From assembly GCA_041738235.1 (NCBI GenBank), contig JBGSQF010000013.1, forward strand, positions 63,345 through 127,344: a DNA stretch of 64,000 nt, given 5' to 3'. Every line of letters begins with the position of its first letter. The stretch's first letter is position 1. This document shows, piece after piece, positions 10,862 through 20,202 of the stretch. Under the pieces are notes generated by a model that had not been told where the DNA came from, did not search any database, and saw only the letters and a list, made by a program, of their open reading frames with translations. A program made the translations under genes and the position numbers. This stretch comes from Minisyncoccia bacterium. GTDB taxonomy: Bacteria > Patescibacteriota > Minisyncoccia > Moranbacterales > GCA-2747515.

Positions 10862-11308
10862 ATGAAGGCGGTTATTGAGATTCCCAGAGGGGATGATAGA
10901 AGGAGACATCTCAGTAGGGACAAGACTGGGTTCGTTGATCTGGGGCCTCTGAGAGATGTTATTCCTGTCAATGAGGGTATCATGCCGGTTCATTACGGAT
11001 ACATTCCGGGGACGCTGAATGTCAGTGATGGTGATGAGGTTGATGTTCTGGTCTTATCAGGTGCTGAATTGAGGGTTGGACAGGAAGTTGAAATCAAGCC
11101 AATTGCTATAATCATGCGAGAAGACGGGGATGATAAGGTTGTTGCCGTGGATGGATCCAAAAGAAACCTTGAGCAGTGGTGGGAGGATGTAGCAATATCT
11201 GAGAGAGAGCTGATAGAAAAATTCTTTAGCTATCACCACAAAATTCTTTCTGTTAAGGGTGCAGAGCTTGCGGTGCATTATATACATAAAAGACGCCAGT
11301 ACATATGA
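10862..11308 (+). CDS. ppa: Inorganic pyrophosphatase (family I)
   Basis: IEIPRGDDRRRHLSRDKTGFVDLGPLRDVIPVNEGIMPVHYGYIPGTLNVSDGDEVDVLV matches the PPase active-site region. The ATG sits 1 nt after the secA stop. Confidence 0.85.
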   Translation: MKAVIEIPRGDDRRRHLSRDKTGFVDLGPLRDVIPVNEGIMPVHYGYIPGTLNVSDGDEVDVLVLSGAELRVGQEVEIKPIAIIMREDGDDKVVAVDGSKRNLEQWWEDVAISERELIEKFFSYHHKILSVKGAELAVHYIHKRRQYI

Positions 11309-11637
11309 TCACGTACGATGACTTTGAAAAGGTGGATATACGAGTAGGGGAGATTATAAAAGTAGAAGAATTTCCTGAAGCGCGAAAGCCAGCTTATAAA
11401 CTTACGATCGATTTTGGCGAGCATATCGGTGTAAAAAGATCCTCTGTTCAGGTCACAAAGCGCTATACAAGAGATGATCTTGTGGGAAAGATGGTGGTCG
11501 GTGTAGTGAACTTTCCATCAAAACAGATCGGGCCGTTCATTTCAGAAGTGCTGACATTGGGTCTTCCCGATGAAAATGGGGATGTGGCGCTTCTAGTTCC
11601 GGAAAAGAGTGTCCCGAAAGGGGGAAGGGTTTTCTAA
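11305..11637 (+). CDS. tRNA-binding protein (CsaA/Trbp111/EMAP-like OB domain)
   Basis: FEKVDIRVGEIIKVEEFPEARKPAYKLTIDFGE...QVTKRY pattern typical of Trbp111/CsaA. Confidence 0.75.
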   Translation: MITYDDFEKVDIRVGEIIKVEEFPEARKPAYKLTIDFGEHIGVKRSSVQVTKRYTRDDLVGKMVVGVVNFPSKQIGPFISEVLTLGLPDENGDVALLVPEKSVPKGGRVF

Positions 11638-11652
11638 TTGAAAAAAGTTTCT

Positions 11653-12071
11653 ATGGCCGATATAAACAAAAGCGCACTACTTATCTTTAATGAAGATAAA
11701 ACGAAATTCCTTGTGACCAGAAAATCTCCGGAAAGTGTGACGACACAATGGATCATGCCGGGTGGTAGTATCGAGGGGGGGAGACGATAGAAGGATCACT
11801 TGTTCGAGAAATACAAGAAGAACTGTCATGTGGGATCGATGTTTTTAGTCTTGAATTTGTTGGGGAGTACGAAGCGCCGGCAGCAGGACAAACTCACAAG
11901 ATCGTGAATATACAGCTCTATACGGGGACGATAATTGGTGTGCCGGTAGCCAGTTCTGAGATTGTTGATCTTACTTGGTTGGGGCGCGAGGATGTCCATA
12001 ATCAAGAAGCAAGTGAGATCATTCGAAACCATATCATACCGGAACTTATACAACGAAAAATTCTCAAGTAA
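11653..12071 (+). pseudogene. Nudix hydrolase gene interrupted by a frameshift in a G7 homopolymer (11775-11781)
   Basis: The N-terminal frame gives MADINKSALLIFNEDKTKFLVTRKSPESVTTQWIMPGGSIEGG, then hits a stop. Adding one G yields GGSIEGGETIEGSLVREIQEELSCGI (a perfect Nudix box) and continues to the stop at 12069-12071. Confidence 0.6.
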
Positions 12072-12076
12072 CTATT

Positions 12077-12511
12077 ATGTGTATGACCAAGGGTAATGAC
12101 ATTATTCAGGTAGGCGCGGGTGCTGTTATCGTTCGGGACGGGAAGGTTCTTCTCGCTAAGCGAAAGGGTTCTCATGGGGAGGGTTCATACGGTACTGCTG
12201 GAGGACATGTGGAATTCGGTGAAACTCCTACCGAGACAGTCAAACGTGAAGCGATGGAAGAGTTAGGAATAGAGCTCAAGAATGTTCGTTTTGCTTCATG
12301 CACGAATATGCAGAAGTATGGAAAACACTACATTGACATTTCCTTCGTGGCAGAGATCTTGAGGGGTGAGCCGAAGATAATGGAGAGGGAGAAGATCGCA
12401 AGTGTGGATTGGTATGACCTGGAAGATCTTCCGGAACCACTCTTTGAACCTGTACGCATCGTGCTTGAAGCGATGAAGAGTGGAGAGCGGTATTTCGAGA
12501 TACATGAGTAA
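12077..12511 (+). CDS. Nudix hydrolase (MutT-like)
   Basis: Nudix box GGHVEFGETPTETVKREAMEELGI. Confidence 0.85.
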   Translation: MCMTKGNDIIQVGAGAVIVRDGKVLLAKRKGSHGEGSYGTAGGHVEFGETPTETVKREAMEELGIELKNVRFASCTNMQKYGKHYIDISFVAEILRGEPKIMEREKIASVDWYDLEDLPEPLFEPVRIVLEAMKSGERYFEIHE

Positions 12512-12965
12512 TATGGAAGAATTCAAACCAAAACCTGGACAAGTGGATTTTGCTCATATCCGGTGGGCACCGGTGATCAATTATGTCGTTCGATATAAGG
12601 GGAAGATGTTATTGGTCAGACGAAGTAAGGATCTGCACTTTTATCCGGGATATTGGAATGGAGTATCGGGATTTTTGGATGACAAAAAAAGCCTTAAGCA
12701 AAAAGTGGAGGAGGAGATTCGGGAGGAGTTGGGTATTTCTCGGACACATATCCGCAAGATCTCTTTTGGGGCGATATTTCACCAAGACGCACCCAAATAC
12801 AAAAAAACATGGATCGTCCATCCAGTGCTTGTAGAGGTGGATATCGACAAGATCCAACTGGATCGGGAGGGTGTTGAGTATCAATGGGGGACATTCTTGG
12901 AGATACAAAAGTTGAGACTTCTTCCGGGATTGAGCAGGGTTATTGATGAGATAGCTAATCTTTAA
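12504..12965 (+). CDS. Nudix hydrolase
   Basis: Nudix-fold pattern WNGVSGFLDDKKSLKQKVEEEIREELGI; the start may be ATG 12504 or 12513. Confidence 0.75.
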   Translation: MSNMEEFKPKPGQVDFAHIRWAPVINYVVRYKGKMLLVRRSKDLHFYPGYWNGVSGFLDDKKSLKQKVEEEIREELGISRTHIRKISFGAIFHQDAPKYKKTWIVHPVLVEVDIDKIQLDREGVEYQWGTFLEIQKLRLLPGLSRVIDEIANL

Positions 12966-12968
12966 ACG

Positions 12969-13337
12969 TTGCATATGCAAACTATCGTGGTGCTTGGTGC
13001 AAGTAATAACCCTGAGCGATACTCCAATAAGGCGGTCAAGATCCTTAAAGAGAAGGGTTTTCATGTTGTTCCGGTGCACCCATTGCTCAAAGAGGTCGAG
13101 GGCTTGTCGGTTTCGGCATCACTTGATGATGTAAAGGATCCGATCGACGTCTTGTCGGTGTATGTTCGACCCGAGGTATTTTTGTCGATGATCACATCGG
13201 TTGAAGAAGTGAAGCCGAAACGTGTTATACTAAATCCTGGGACCGAATCGCCAGCTATTAAAATGGCGCTGGAGCGATCCTGCATTCCGTATCATACGGG
13301 ATGTACGATCACTATGGCGAAAAACGGGTTACTTTAG
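12969..13337 (+). CDS. CoA-binding domain protein (YccU/YneT family)
   Basis: IVVLGASNNPERYSNKAVKILKEKGFHVVPVHP...IDVLSVYVRPE matches the CoA_binding_2 Rossmann signature. Confidence 0.75.
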   Translation: MHMQTIVVLGASNNPERYSNKAVKILKEKGFHVVPVHPLLKEVEGLSVSASLDDVKDPIDVLSVYVRPEVFLSMITSVEEVKPKRVILNPGTESPAIKMALERSCIPYHTGCTITMAKNGLL

Positions 13338-13856
13338 ATGGGCATGCAAGGAAATTCAGATGTTGTTATGAACAAACTATTTAAATTGTTGTGGGCGTAC
13401 AGACCTTCGTTCGAGGTTTCGGCGGGCTGTGTACTTGTATACCGATCGTCTTTCGGTGCTCGGTATTTGCTACTTCGTTATCCTCACGGACACTGGGACT
13501 TTGTAAAGGGTCACATCGAGAGGGGTGAGAACGAGCAAGAGGCGCTACTGCGTGAGATCGAGGAAGAAACGGGCATATCGCAGGTGGCACTCTCGGTAGT
13601 GCCTGGATTTCGGAAAGACACTTTTTATTTTTATCGCGCCAAGGGATCGGAGTATGAGAAACGTGTCCGTGTTGGTAAGAGAGGCATATTTGTTTTTAAG
13701 CGGGTGATCTACTTTCTTGTCGAAACGACGCAATCAAGTGTCTCGATATCTCACGAACATACGGATTCTGAATGGCTTTCTTATGAACAGGCGTTGGGTC
13801 GACTCACCTTTGCAAGAGCAAAAGAGATATTAAAAGGTGTTGGAGAAAAAAAGTAG
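13338..13856 (+). CDS. Nudix hydrolase (Ap4A-hydrolase-like)
   Basis: Nudix box HWDFVKGHIERGENEQEALLREIEEETGI. Confidence 0.8.
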   Translation: MGMQGNSDVVMNKLFKLLWAYRPSFEVSAGCVLVYRSSFGARYLLLRYPHGHWDFVKGHIERGENEQEALLREIEEETGISQVALSVVPGFRKDTFYFYRAKGSEYEKRVRVGKRGIFVFKRVIYFLVETTQSSVSISHEHTDSEWLSYEQALGRLTFARAKEILKGVGEKK

Positions 13857-13867
13857 AAAAGGAGCAT

Positions 13868-14353
13868 ATGCCACATATTCACACAAAGGAAGGGGAGATC
13901 GACTTTACAGCAGATGTTTTTGTAGTGCATAAGAATAGAGTGCTATTACGAATGCACGACAAGTACCGCATGTGGCTTATGGTTGGGGGGCACATTGAAA
14001 CACATGAGACACCAGAAGAAACAGCTGTTCGTGAGGCAAAAGAAGAAGTGGGACTTGATATAACGATCTGGTCTGGGGATCAAGAAACGGTTCCTGAATC
14101 TTTCTTAAATTCCCAGTTTCGATCGCTTGTTCCACCTATTTTTTTGAATGTTCATAAAATATCCGATACGCATAGACATATTTCGATGATCTATTTTGCG
14201 TTTTCCGATTCAGATGTTATTATAGAGCCAGAAACGCATGAAAAAAGCGGTGGATGTGTCTGGTTTAGTAAGGAGGAACTCCTTGCGGATAAGGATATCG
14301 ATGCACCGATAAAGTACTATGCGCTTAAGGCGTTGGAAGTTTTGGGGAGTTAA
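13868..14353 (+). CDS. Nudix hydrolase
   Basis: Nudix box VGGHIETHETPEETAVREAKEEVGL. Confidence 0.85.
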   Translation: MPHIHTKEGEIDFTADVFVVHKNRVLLRMHDKYRMWLMVGGHIETHETPEETAVREAKEEVGLDITIWSGDQETVPESFLNSQFRSLVPPIFLNVHKISDTHRHISMIYFAFSDSDVIIEPETHEKSGGCVWFSKEELLADKDIDAPIKYYALKALEVLGS

Positions 14354-14377
14354 TACTAAATTGTTGACGTAACTGCT

Positions 14378-15529
14378 ATGATCGGTACTATTGTCTTATT
14401 TTTGGTTATTTTGAGCATCTTGGTCTTTGTGCATGAGGCGGGGCATTTTATTACGGCGCGACGAAATGGTATGCGTGTGGATGAGTTTGGGTTTGGCTTT
14501 CCCCCGAGAGTGGGGGGGTTTGTAAAGAACGAAAAAACTGGAAAATGGGATTTTGTGTGGGGTAATCCTGACAAAGAGTTCGCCAATACGATCTATTCTG
14601 TGAATTGGATCCCCTTGGGAGGATTTGTTCGCATCAAGGGAGAAGATGGTTCTGGTGCGACCGATCCAGATAGTTTTGCCTCCAAATCAACATGGAAGAG
14701 GTTAAAGGTTCTGGCAGCGGGAGTAGTCATGAACTTTGTTCTGGCGTGGGTACTCTTCACTATTATTGCCATGGTCGGTTTTCCAAGAGAGGTGGACACC
14801 TCTAAGGGCATACCGGCAGGATCGTCAGTACAGATATTGAACGTTGCTGATGATACGCCGGCAAAATCCATGGGACTTCAACTGGGAGATACGGTACGTG
14901 GATTTTCTGAAGGGGGCAATATGATACCAGCAAAGTCGGTGGATACTGTAAGGAATTATATCTTGGCACATAAGGGTACATCTATTACGCTATTGATCTC
15001 AAGAGGGAAAGAGCAACTTACGTTAACAGGAACGCCTCGTGTTGAGTATAGCCCAGATCAAGGATCACTTGGTATATCTCTGGCACAAGTAGAGGTAGTA
15101 AAAACACCCTTTTGGAAAGCGCCGTGGGAAGGACTTAAACAGGTGGGCATTCTTATTTGGTTGATCCTGTCATCTTTGTGGGGATTGCTTATTGCTTTGC
15201 TTACGGGGGCTGGAGTTGCTGGGGACGTTTCTGGTCCAGTGGGTATTGCATATATGACCAAGCAAGTATCAGATCTCGGATTCCTGTACCTCTTACAGTT
15301 TATGGCCATTCTCAGCGTCAACCTCGGAGTGCTCAATATTTTGCCAATTCCAGCACTTGATGGGGGAAGGATACTATTTGTTCTCATTGAGATGATCAAA
15401 GGTTCTCCTGTGAGTCAAAAAGCAGAACAATGGATCCATTCGACTGGTTTTATAGCATTGCTCCTTTTGATGCTTGTGGTGACCGTATATGATTTTAGTC
15501 GATTCCATATATTTGATAGGTTTTTCTAG
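14378..15529 (+). CDS. rseP: RIP site-2 zinc metalloprotease RseP with PDZ domain
   Basis: HEAGHF (HExxH) in TM1, a central PDZ-like segment, and C-terminal LNILPIPALDGG. Confidence 0.85.
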   Translation: MIGTIVLFLVILSILVFVHEAGHFITARRNGMRVDEFGFGFPPRVGGFVKNEKTGKWDFVWGNPDKEFANTIYSVNWIPLGGFVRIKGEDGSGATDPDSFASKSTWKRLKVLAAGVVMNFVLAWVLFTIIAMVGFPREVDTSKGIPAGSSVQILNVADDTPAKSMGLQLGDTVRGFSEGGNMIPAKSVDTVRNYILAHKGTSITLLISRGKEQLTLTGTPRVEYSPDQGSLGISLAQVEVVKTPFWKAPWEGLKQVGILIWLILSSLWGLLIALLTGAGVAGDVSGPVGIAYMTKQVSDLGFLYLLQFMAILSVNLGVLNILPIPALDGGRILFVLIEMIKGSPVSQKAEQWIHSTGFIALLLLMLVVTVYDFSRFHIFDRFF

Positions 15530-15609
15530 TGGGTCTGTAGATCTCACAAGGTCAAGGAGGATGAGTGGAATGTTTGTATATCTCTAACTTTTTAATCTTT
15601 GCTGTTTCT

Positions 15610-16878
15610 ATGCGCCAATCAGAGCTTTTTACTAAAACGAGAAAGGATTTTCCAAAGGATGAAACAAGCTGTAACGCTCAGCTTCTTATACGTGCTGGGT
15701 ATGTGTATAAGGAAATGGCGGGAGTGTATGCTTATCTTCCACTGGGACTCCGTGTACTGCATAATATAAAGAAGATTATACGGGAAGAGATGAACTCTAT
15801 AGGAGGGCAGGAGATCATTATGACCTCGCTACAGCGCAAGGATCTATGGGAAAAGACGGATCGCTGGAGTGATGACAAAGTGGATGTTTGGTTCAAGTCG
15901 AAACTCAAAAATGGTGTGGATGTTGGTTTTGGTTGGTCGCACGAAGAGCAGATCACAGAGATGATGCATTACTATGTTTCTGGGTTTCGTGATCTTCCTG
16001 TTTCGGTATATCAATTTCAAACGAAACTTCGTAACGAGCTTCGTGCCAAAAGTGGTATTATGCGTGGACGTGAGTTTTTGATGAAGGATCTGTATTCGTA
16101 TTCACGAAATGATAAAGAACATGACATTTTTTATCAACAGGTTATTGATGCGTATCTACGAATTTTTAGGCGTGTTGGACTTGGAGATGACACTTTTCTT
16201 ACTTTTGCTTCCGGGGGTGCATTTACACAGTTTAGTCATGAATTTCAGACGATCACAGACGCTGGAGAGGATATCGTATATCTTGATCGAAAAAGAAAAC
16301 TTGCAATAAATAAAGAGGTACTGACTGATAAAGTGCTGGAGCAACTGGATGTAAAAAGGGAGGATCTCGAAGAGGTAAAGACTTCTGAGGTGGGCAACAT
16401 ATTCAGTTTTGGGGGAAAGAAATGTGAGCAGTTGGGGCTTTATTTTATGGATGAACGGGGAGTGAAACAGCCTGTTGTTCTTGGATCGTACGGTATCGGA
16501 ATTACTCGTCTTATGGGGGTGATCGTAGAAAAGTTTCATGACGAAAGGGGTATTATTTGGCCTGAGACAGTAGCGCCTTATCAGGTGCATCTTCTCAAGA
16601 TCACCTCGGGGGGCAAGCAGTCAACGAGTACGGATAAGCAGGCGGAAGAGGTGTACCAAAAACTGAAACGTTCAAATATATGGGTTCTCTATGATGATCG
16701 CGAAGGAGTGAGCGCGGGAGAAAAATTTGCTGATGCCGACCTTTTAGGTTTGCCTACCCGTATTGTGGTAAGTGATCGATCTCTTGAAGCGGGAGGTGTT
16801 GAAGTAAAGAGGCGAACAGAAAAGGAGTCCAAGATAATGTCGGTTGAGGATTTTATCAAACAATTTGCCAATAACTAG
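15610..16878 (+). CDS. proS: Prolyl-tRNA synthetase (short bacterial form lacking the editing insertion)
   Basis: MRQSELFTKTRKDFPKDETSCNAQLLIRAGYV is the ProS N-terminal signature; class II motifs 2/3 and a C-terminal anticodon-binding domain follow. Confidence 0.85.
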   Translation: MRQSELFTKTRKDFPKDETSCNAQLLIRAGYVYKEMAGVYAYLPLGLRVLHNIKKIIREEMNSIGGQEIIMTSLQRKDLWEKTDRWSDDKVDVWFKSKLKNGVDVGFGWSHEEQITEMMHYYVSGFRDLPVSVYQFQTKLRNELRAKSGIMRGREFLMKDLYSYSRNDKEHDIFYQQVIDAYLRIFRRVGLGDDTFLTFASGGAFTQFSHEFQTITDAGEDIVYLDRKRKLAINKEVLTDKVLEQLDVKREDLEEVKTSEVGNIFSFGGKKCEQLGLYFMDERGVKQPVVLGSYGIGITRLMGVIVEKFHDERGIIWPETVAPYQVHLLKITSGGKQSTSTDKQAEEVYQKLKRSNIWVLYDDREGVSAGEKFADADLLGLPTRIVVSDRSLEAGGVEVKRRTEKESKIMSVEDFIKQFANN

Positions 16879-16887
16879 TGGCACGTT

Positions 16888-16916
16888 AAAAAAAGACGCA
16901 TAAGCGTCTTTTTTTA
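16888..16916. terminator. Bidirectional rho-independent terminator (proS / SPFH gene convergence)
   Basis: AAAAAAGACGC-ATAA-GCGTCTTTTTTT. Confidence 0.6.
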
Positions 16917-16953
16917 ATTTTCAAAAATAGAGTCTTATTTTTTAGGGTGTTAT

Positions 16954-17838
16954 TTATTCTTTTGTTTCCATTGAGGCGACAAGCTGTTGCATAAGGTCTT
17001 GGGTCTTTTTGATATTAGTGTCCATGAAGATCACCTTAGCGTTATTTCCCATCCCAATCGATTTGAGTGTATCAAGGTATTGCGTGAGATTCAGTATAGC
17101 GAGGATCTCACTAGAAGATTGTTTGGTTGCTTCTTGGACGGTTTCGATCGATTTCTTGAGTCCTTCAGCGATCGCTTCTCGTTCTAGGGCAATTCCTTCT
17201 CCCTGAAGACGTTTACGTTCTTTCTCTGCTTCAGCCTCTTTGATAGCTTGGATCTTTATGGCCTCCCCCTTATTTTCAGCCGCTTTGCGAAGCTGTTGGG
17301 AAGCAACTACCTCACTCATTGCGTCGGTTATGGTGGTGGGGAAGGTGACATTTGTTATTTGAAAACTGCGAATAAGCATTCCCCATTCGCTAAATTGTTT
17401 TTCGAGATCGCCTTGGATGTGAAGGGCGAGCTCCTCTTTCTTTTCGAGAATACCTTCGTGGGTCTCTTTGGCAATATAGGTTCGAAGAGAGTTTTCAATG
17501 ATGGCACCTATGGATCCGTGCGGATCAAGGAGAACATAGGTATATCGTTGTATACCATCTTCTGTTGGATTGACGGCATAGATGAGATTGGTAGTAATGT
17601 CCACGATCACTTTGTCTCCAGATGGATATTTGCCTTCATTGGAGAAATTTTGTTGACGAAGGGATACCCGGTTTGATACACGTTCAAAGAGGGGAATCTT
17701 CATATTGAAGCCTGCTGTCATAATTCGGCTGTATTTTCCCAGGAATTCGATAACATAAACATTGTTCTGTTGAACGATGCGGATACTTGTAACAAGCAGT
17801 AGTAAACACACGCCGAGGAATAGGTAGGATATGAACAT
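16954..17838 (-). CDS. SPFH/Band-7 (stomatin/prohibitin-like) membrane protein
   Basis: N-terminal TM helix followed by an SPFH domain and a coiled-coil EAEAEKERKRLQGEG region. Confidence 0.85.
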   Translation of the reverse strand: MFISYLFLGVCLLLLVTSIRIVQQNNVYVIEFLGKYSRIMTAGFNMKIPLFERVSNRVSLRQQNFSNEGKYPSGDKVIVDITTNLIYAVNPTEDGIQRYTYVLLDPHGSIGAIIENSLRTYIAKETHEGILEKKEELALHIQGDLEKQFSEWGMLIRSFQITNVTFPTTITDAMSEVVASQQLRKAAENKGEAIKIQAIKEAEAEKERKRLQGEGIALEREAIAEGLKKSIETVQEATKQSSSEILAILNLTQYLDTLKSIGMGNNAKVIFMDTNIKKTQDLMQQLVASMETKE

Positions 17839-18012
17839 AGAATTATATTGAGTGATTTATATTTTTAATAGTAGTCGTTCTTGGCTGAATAATCAAGCAG
17901 TTAAAAAGGGTTGGTCTTCCTATTTTTCTTGATTTTTTGGGTATTTTTCGCTATGGTGGGAGCGATGGTCATCTGAAGGGTGGCTCCGTATCTACAAACC
18001 GTGAGGTGTGCC

Positions 18013-18861
18013 ATGAGAAATTTCCGTTTGATGCTTGCAGCTCGAGTGAGCAAGGGATTTAGTGTCGTTGTCGGGCTAGATACTGAGTTTGATCGAATCC
18101 CTAAGCGATCGAACATTTGGGGGTGGGTCTACCTCCTTCTCGTGCTCATGGGCCTTCGTTGGATCGTGATCTATTGGTTCAATAGGCGTATTGTAGATGC
18201 TACGAGTGATAGTATTTGCGCCTACAAGATCAATAATGCTTTCTACGCGATGGAGGGAATGGGAGGTGTTATTGCATTGCTACTCACCGTCCGGTACATT
18301 CTTCGGGTTGCACCGGATATCCCGATACTTCTCGATGCCAAGTATGGGGATACTCGTAACACCAATGTTCGTAACGCGAGAACAGCGTTCGATGTCCTGG
18401 GTGTGGATGCGGTGACGGTGCTTCCGTACTTCGGGGGTGAGTCGCTTGAGCCGTTTCTTGAGCGGAGTGACAAGGGAGTATTCGTGACCTGTCATACGGC
18501 ATTTCCAGGGTCACAAGATTTTCAGGACAGGGTGGGTTATGAGAACGAGCCCCTCTATCGGGTTGTCGCACAACACGTCACCAGGCAATGGAATAAGAAT
18601 GGAAATTGTGCGGTGGTTGTCGGTTCGCCACAACCGTACGACTTGAGCAGGATTCGCGATGTGGTGGGCGAGATCCCAATTCTTGTTTTGGGTGAGGGTG
18701 CTAGGGCTGAGCATCTGGCGCAAACCGTCCCAGCGGGCGGATCAAAGGCTCTCTTTGGTCAATCCCGAGGCATCATCTACGCCTCGAGCGGTCCGGATTT
18801 TCCGGAAGCTGCTCATCGGGCAGTTGGAAAGCTCCAGACCCTCATTGATCAATATCGATAA
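18013..18861 (+). CDS. pyrF: Orotidine-5'-phosphate decarboxylase, type 2
   Basis: VVVGLDTEF near the N-terminus, ILLDAKYGDTRNT (catalytic Lys/Asp), and a length of about 280 aa. Confidence 0.7.
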   Translation: MRNFRLMLAARVSKGFSVVVGLDTEFDRIPKRSNIWGWVYLLLVLMGLRWIVIYWFNRRIVDATSDSICAYKINNAFYAMEGMGGVIALLLTVRYILRVAPDIPILLDAKYGDTRNTNVRNARTAFDVLGVDAVTVLPYFGGESLEPFLERSDKGVFVTCHTAFPGSQDFQDRVGYENEPLYRVVAQHVTRQWNKNGNCAVVVGSPQPYDLSRIRDVVGEIPILVLGEGARAEHLAQTVPAGGSKALFGQSRGIIYASSGPDFPEAAHRAVGKLQTLIDQYR

Positions 18862-18957
18862 GGGAGGACGGCTTATAGAACATGTGGGTTTGATCGAGGG
18901 GTTGCCCAGCGGGCCACCCCTCTTTCCTTTTTTAGAAAAAAGAGATACCTTGATGAT

Positions 18958-20169
18958 ATGAAGAATCAAGAAAATATTTTTTCTCAACCGCTGGCGGATC
19001 GGGTAAGACCGGGGCGACTTGATGATTTTATGGGACAGAAGAATGCCGTTGGCCCGGGGTCTTTTTTGCGTTCTGCCATTGAGACGGACGTTGTTCCATC
19101 GCTGATCTTGTGGGGCCCGCCGGGGACGGGAAAAACGACGCTTGCTCGTATTGTAGCCAACGAAACAAAGGCAAAGTTTGTTCAACTGTCGGCTACTTTA
19201 GCAGGAAAGAAAGATCTGAAAGCTGTTGTGGTTGAAGCAGAAGGATTGGTGCGGTCAGGAACACGAACGATCGTTTTTATCGATGAGATCCATCGTTGGA
19301 ACAAGGCGCAACAAGATGCACTACTTCCCAGTGTGGAAGATGGAACGGTGATCCTTATCGGCGCCACAACGGAAAATCCGAGTTTTCAAGTTAACGCTGC
19401 TTTGCTTTCTCGGTGCCGAGTCATTGTGCTCGATCGGTTGGAGGCTGAAGATATTGAAGAGATACTTTCGCGTGCACTCAAAGACAAAAAGACCGGGCTG
19501 GGAAATGTGTCCGTGAAGAAGGGGAAAGGCGTTTTGAGATTTCTTGCAAACCTCTCCAATGGAGATGCTCGGTTTGCTTTGAATGTTCTGGAAACGGCTG
19601 TGACCCAAAATACAAATCTTACAAAAGAGCTCCTCAAAAAAGTGCTTCAAAAGTCACATCTTTTGTACGACAAGAACGGTGAAGAACACTATAACATTAT
19701 TTCGGCTTTGCATAAATCGATGCGTGGAGGGGATGCTGATGCAGCGGTCTATTGGGTGGTGAGGATGCTTGAAGGTGGTGAGGATCCATTGTATATCGCG
19801 AGGCGTTTGGTACGGTTTGCGAGTGAGGACATTGGCTTGGCGAATAATACCGCTGTGCTTTTGGCCAATGCGGTCTTTGAGGTGTGCCATAAACTGGGCA
19901 TGCCGGAGTGTGGAGTGCATTTAGCACACTGTGCGATCTATCTTGCCAAGTCGCCCAAGAGTGTTTCTGCTTATGATGCCTATGAATTAGCTCGAAAGGA
20001 CGTTTTACAATACGGGAATCTTCCAATTCCTCTGCACATACGAAACGCTCCAACAAAACTTATGAAGGATCTGGGATATGGGAGGGGATATAAGTATACT
20101 CCGAAGGAAGAGAGTGCGGGACAAGAATATCTGCCGGGGCAACTTAAAGGGAGAAAATATGTGAAGTAG
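18958..20169 (+). CDS. rarA: Replication-associated recombination protein A (AAA+ ATPase RarA/MgsA)
   Basis: LADRVRPGRLDDFMGQ, Walker A GPPGTGKTT, Walker B IVFIDEIHRWNKAQQDALLP, and a C-terminal MgsA helical domain. Confidence 0.9.
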   Translation: MKNQENIFSQPLADRVRPGRLDDFMGQKNAVGPGSFLRSAIETDVVPSLILWGPPGTGKTTLARIVANETKAKFVQLSATLAGKKDLKAVVVEAEGLVRSGTRTIVFIDEIHRWNKAQQDALLPSVEDGTVILIGATTENPSFQVNAALLSRCRVIVLDRLEAEDIEEILSRALKDKKTGLGNVSVKKGKGVLRFLANLSNGDARFALNVLETAVTQNTNLTKELLKKVLQKSHLLYDKNGEEHYNIISALHKSMRGGDADAAVYWVVRMLEGGEDPLYIARRLVRFASEDIGLANNTAVLLANAVFEVCHKLGMPECGVHLAHCAIYLAKSPKSVSAYDAYELARKDVLQYGNLPIPLHIRNAPTKLMKDLGYGRGYKYTPKEESAGQEYLPGQLKGRKYVK

Positions 20170-20202
20170 GAAATATGAGTTAATGATGCTAAGAAGTTTA
20201 CG

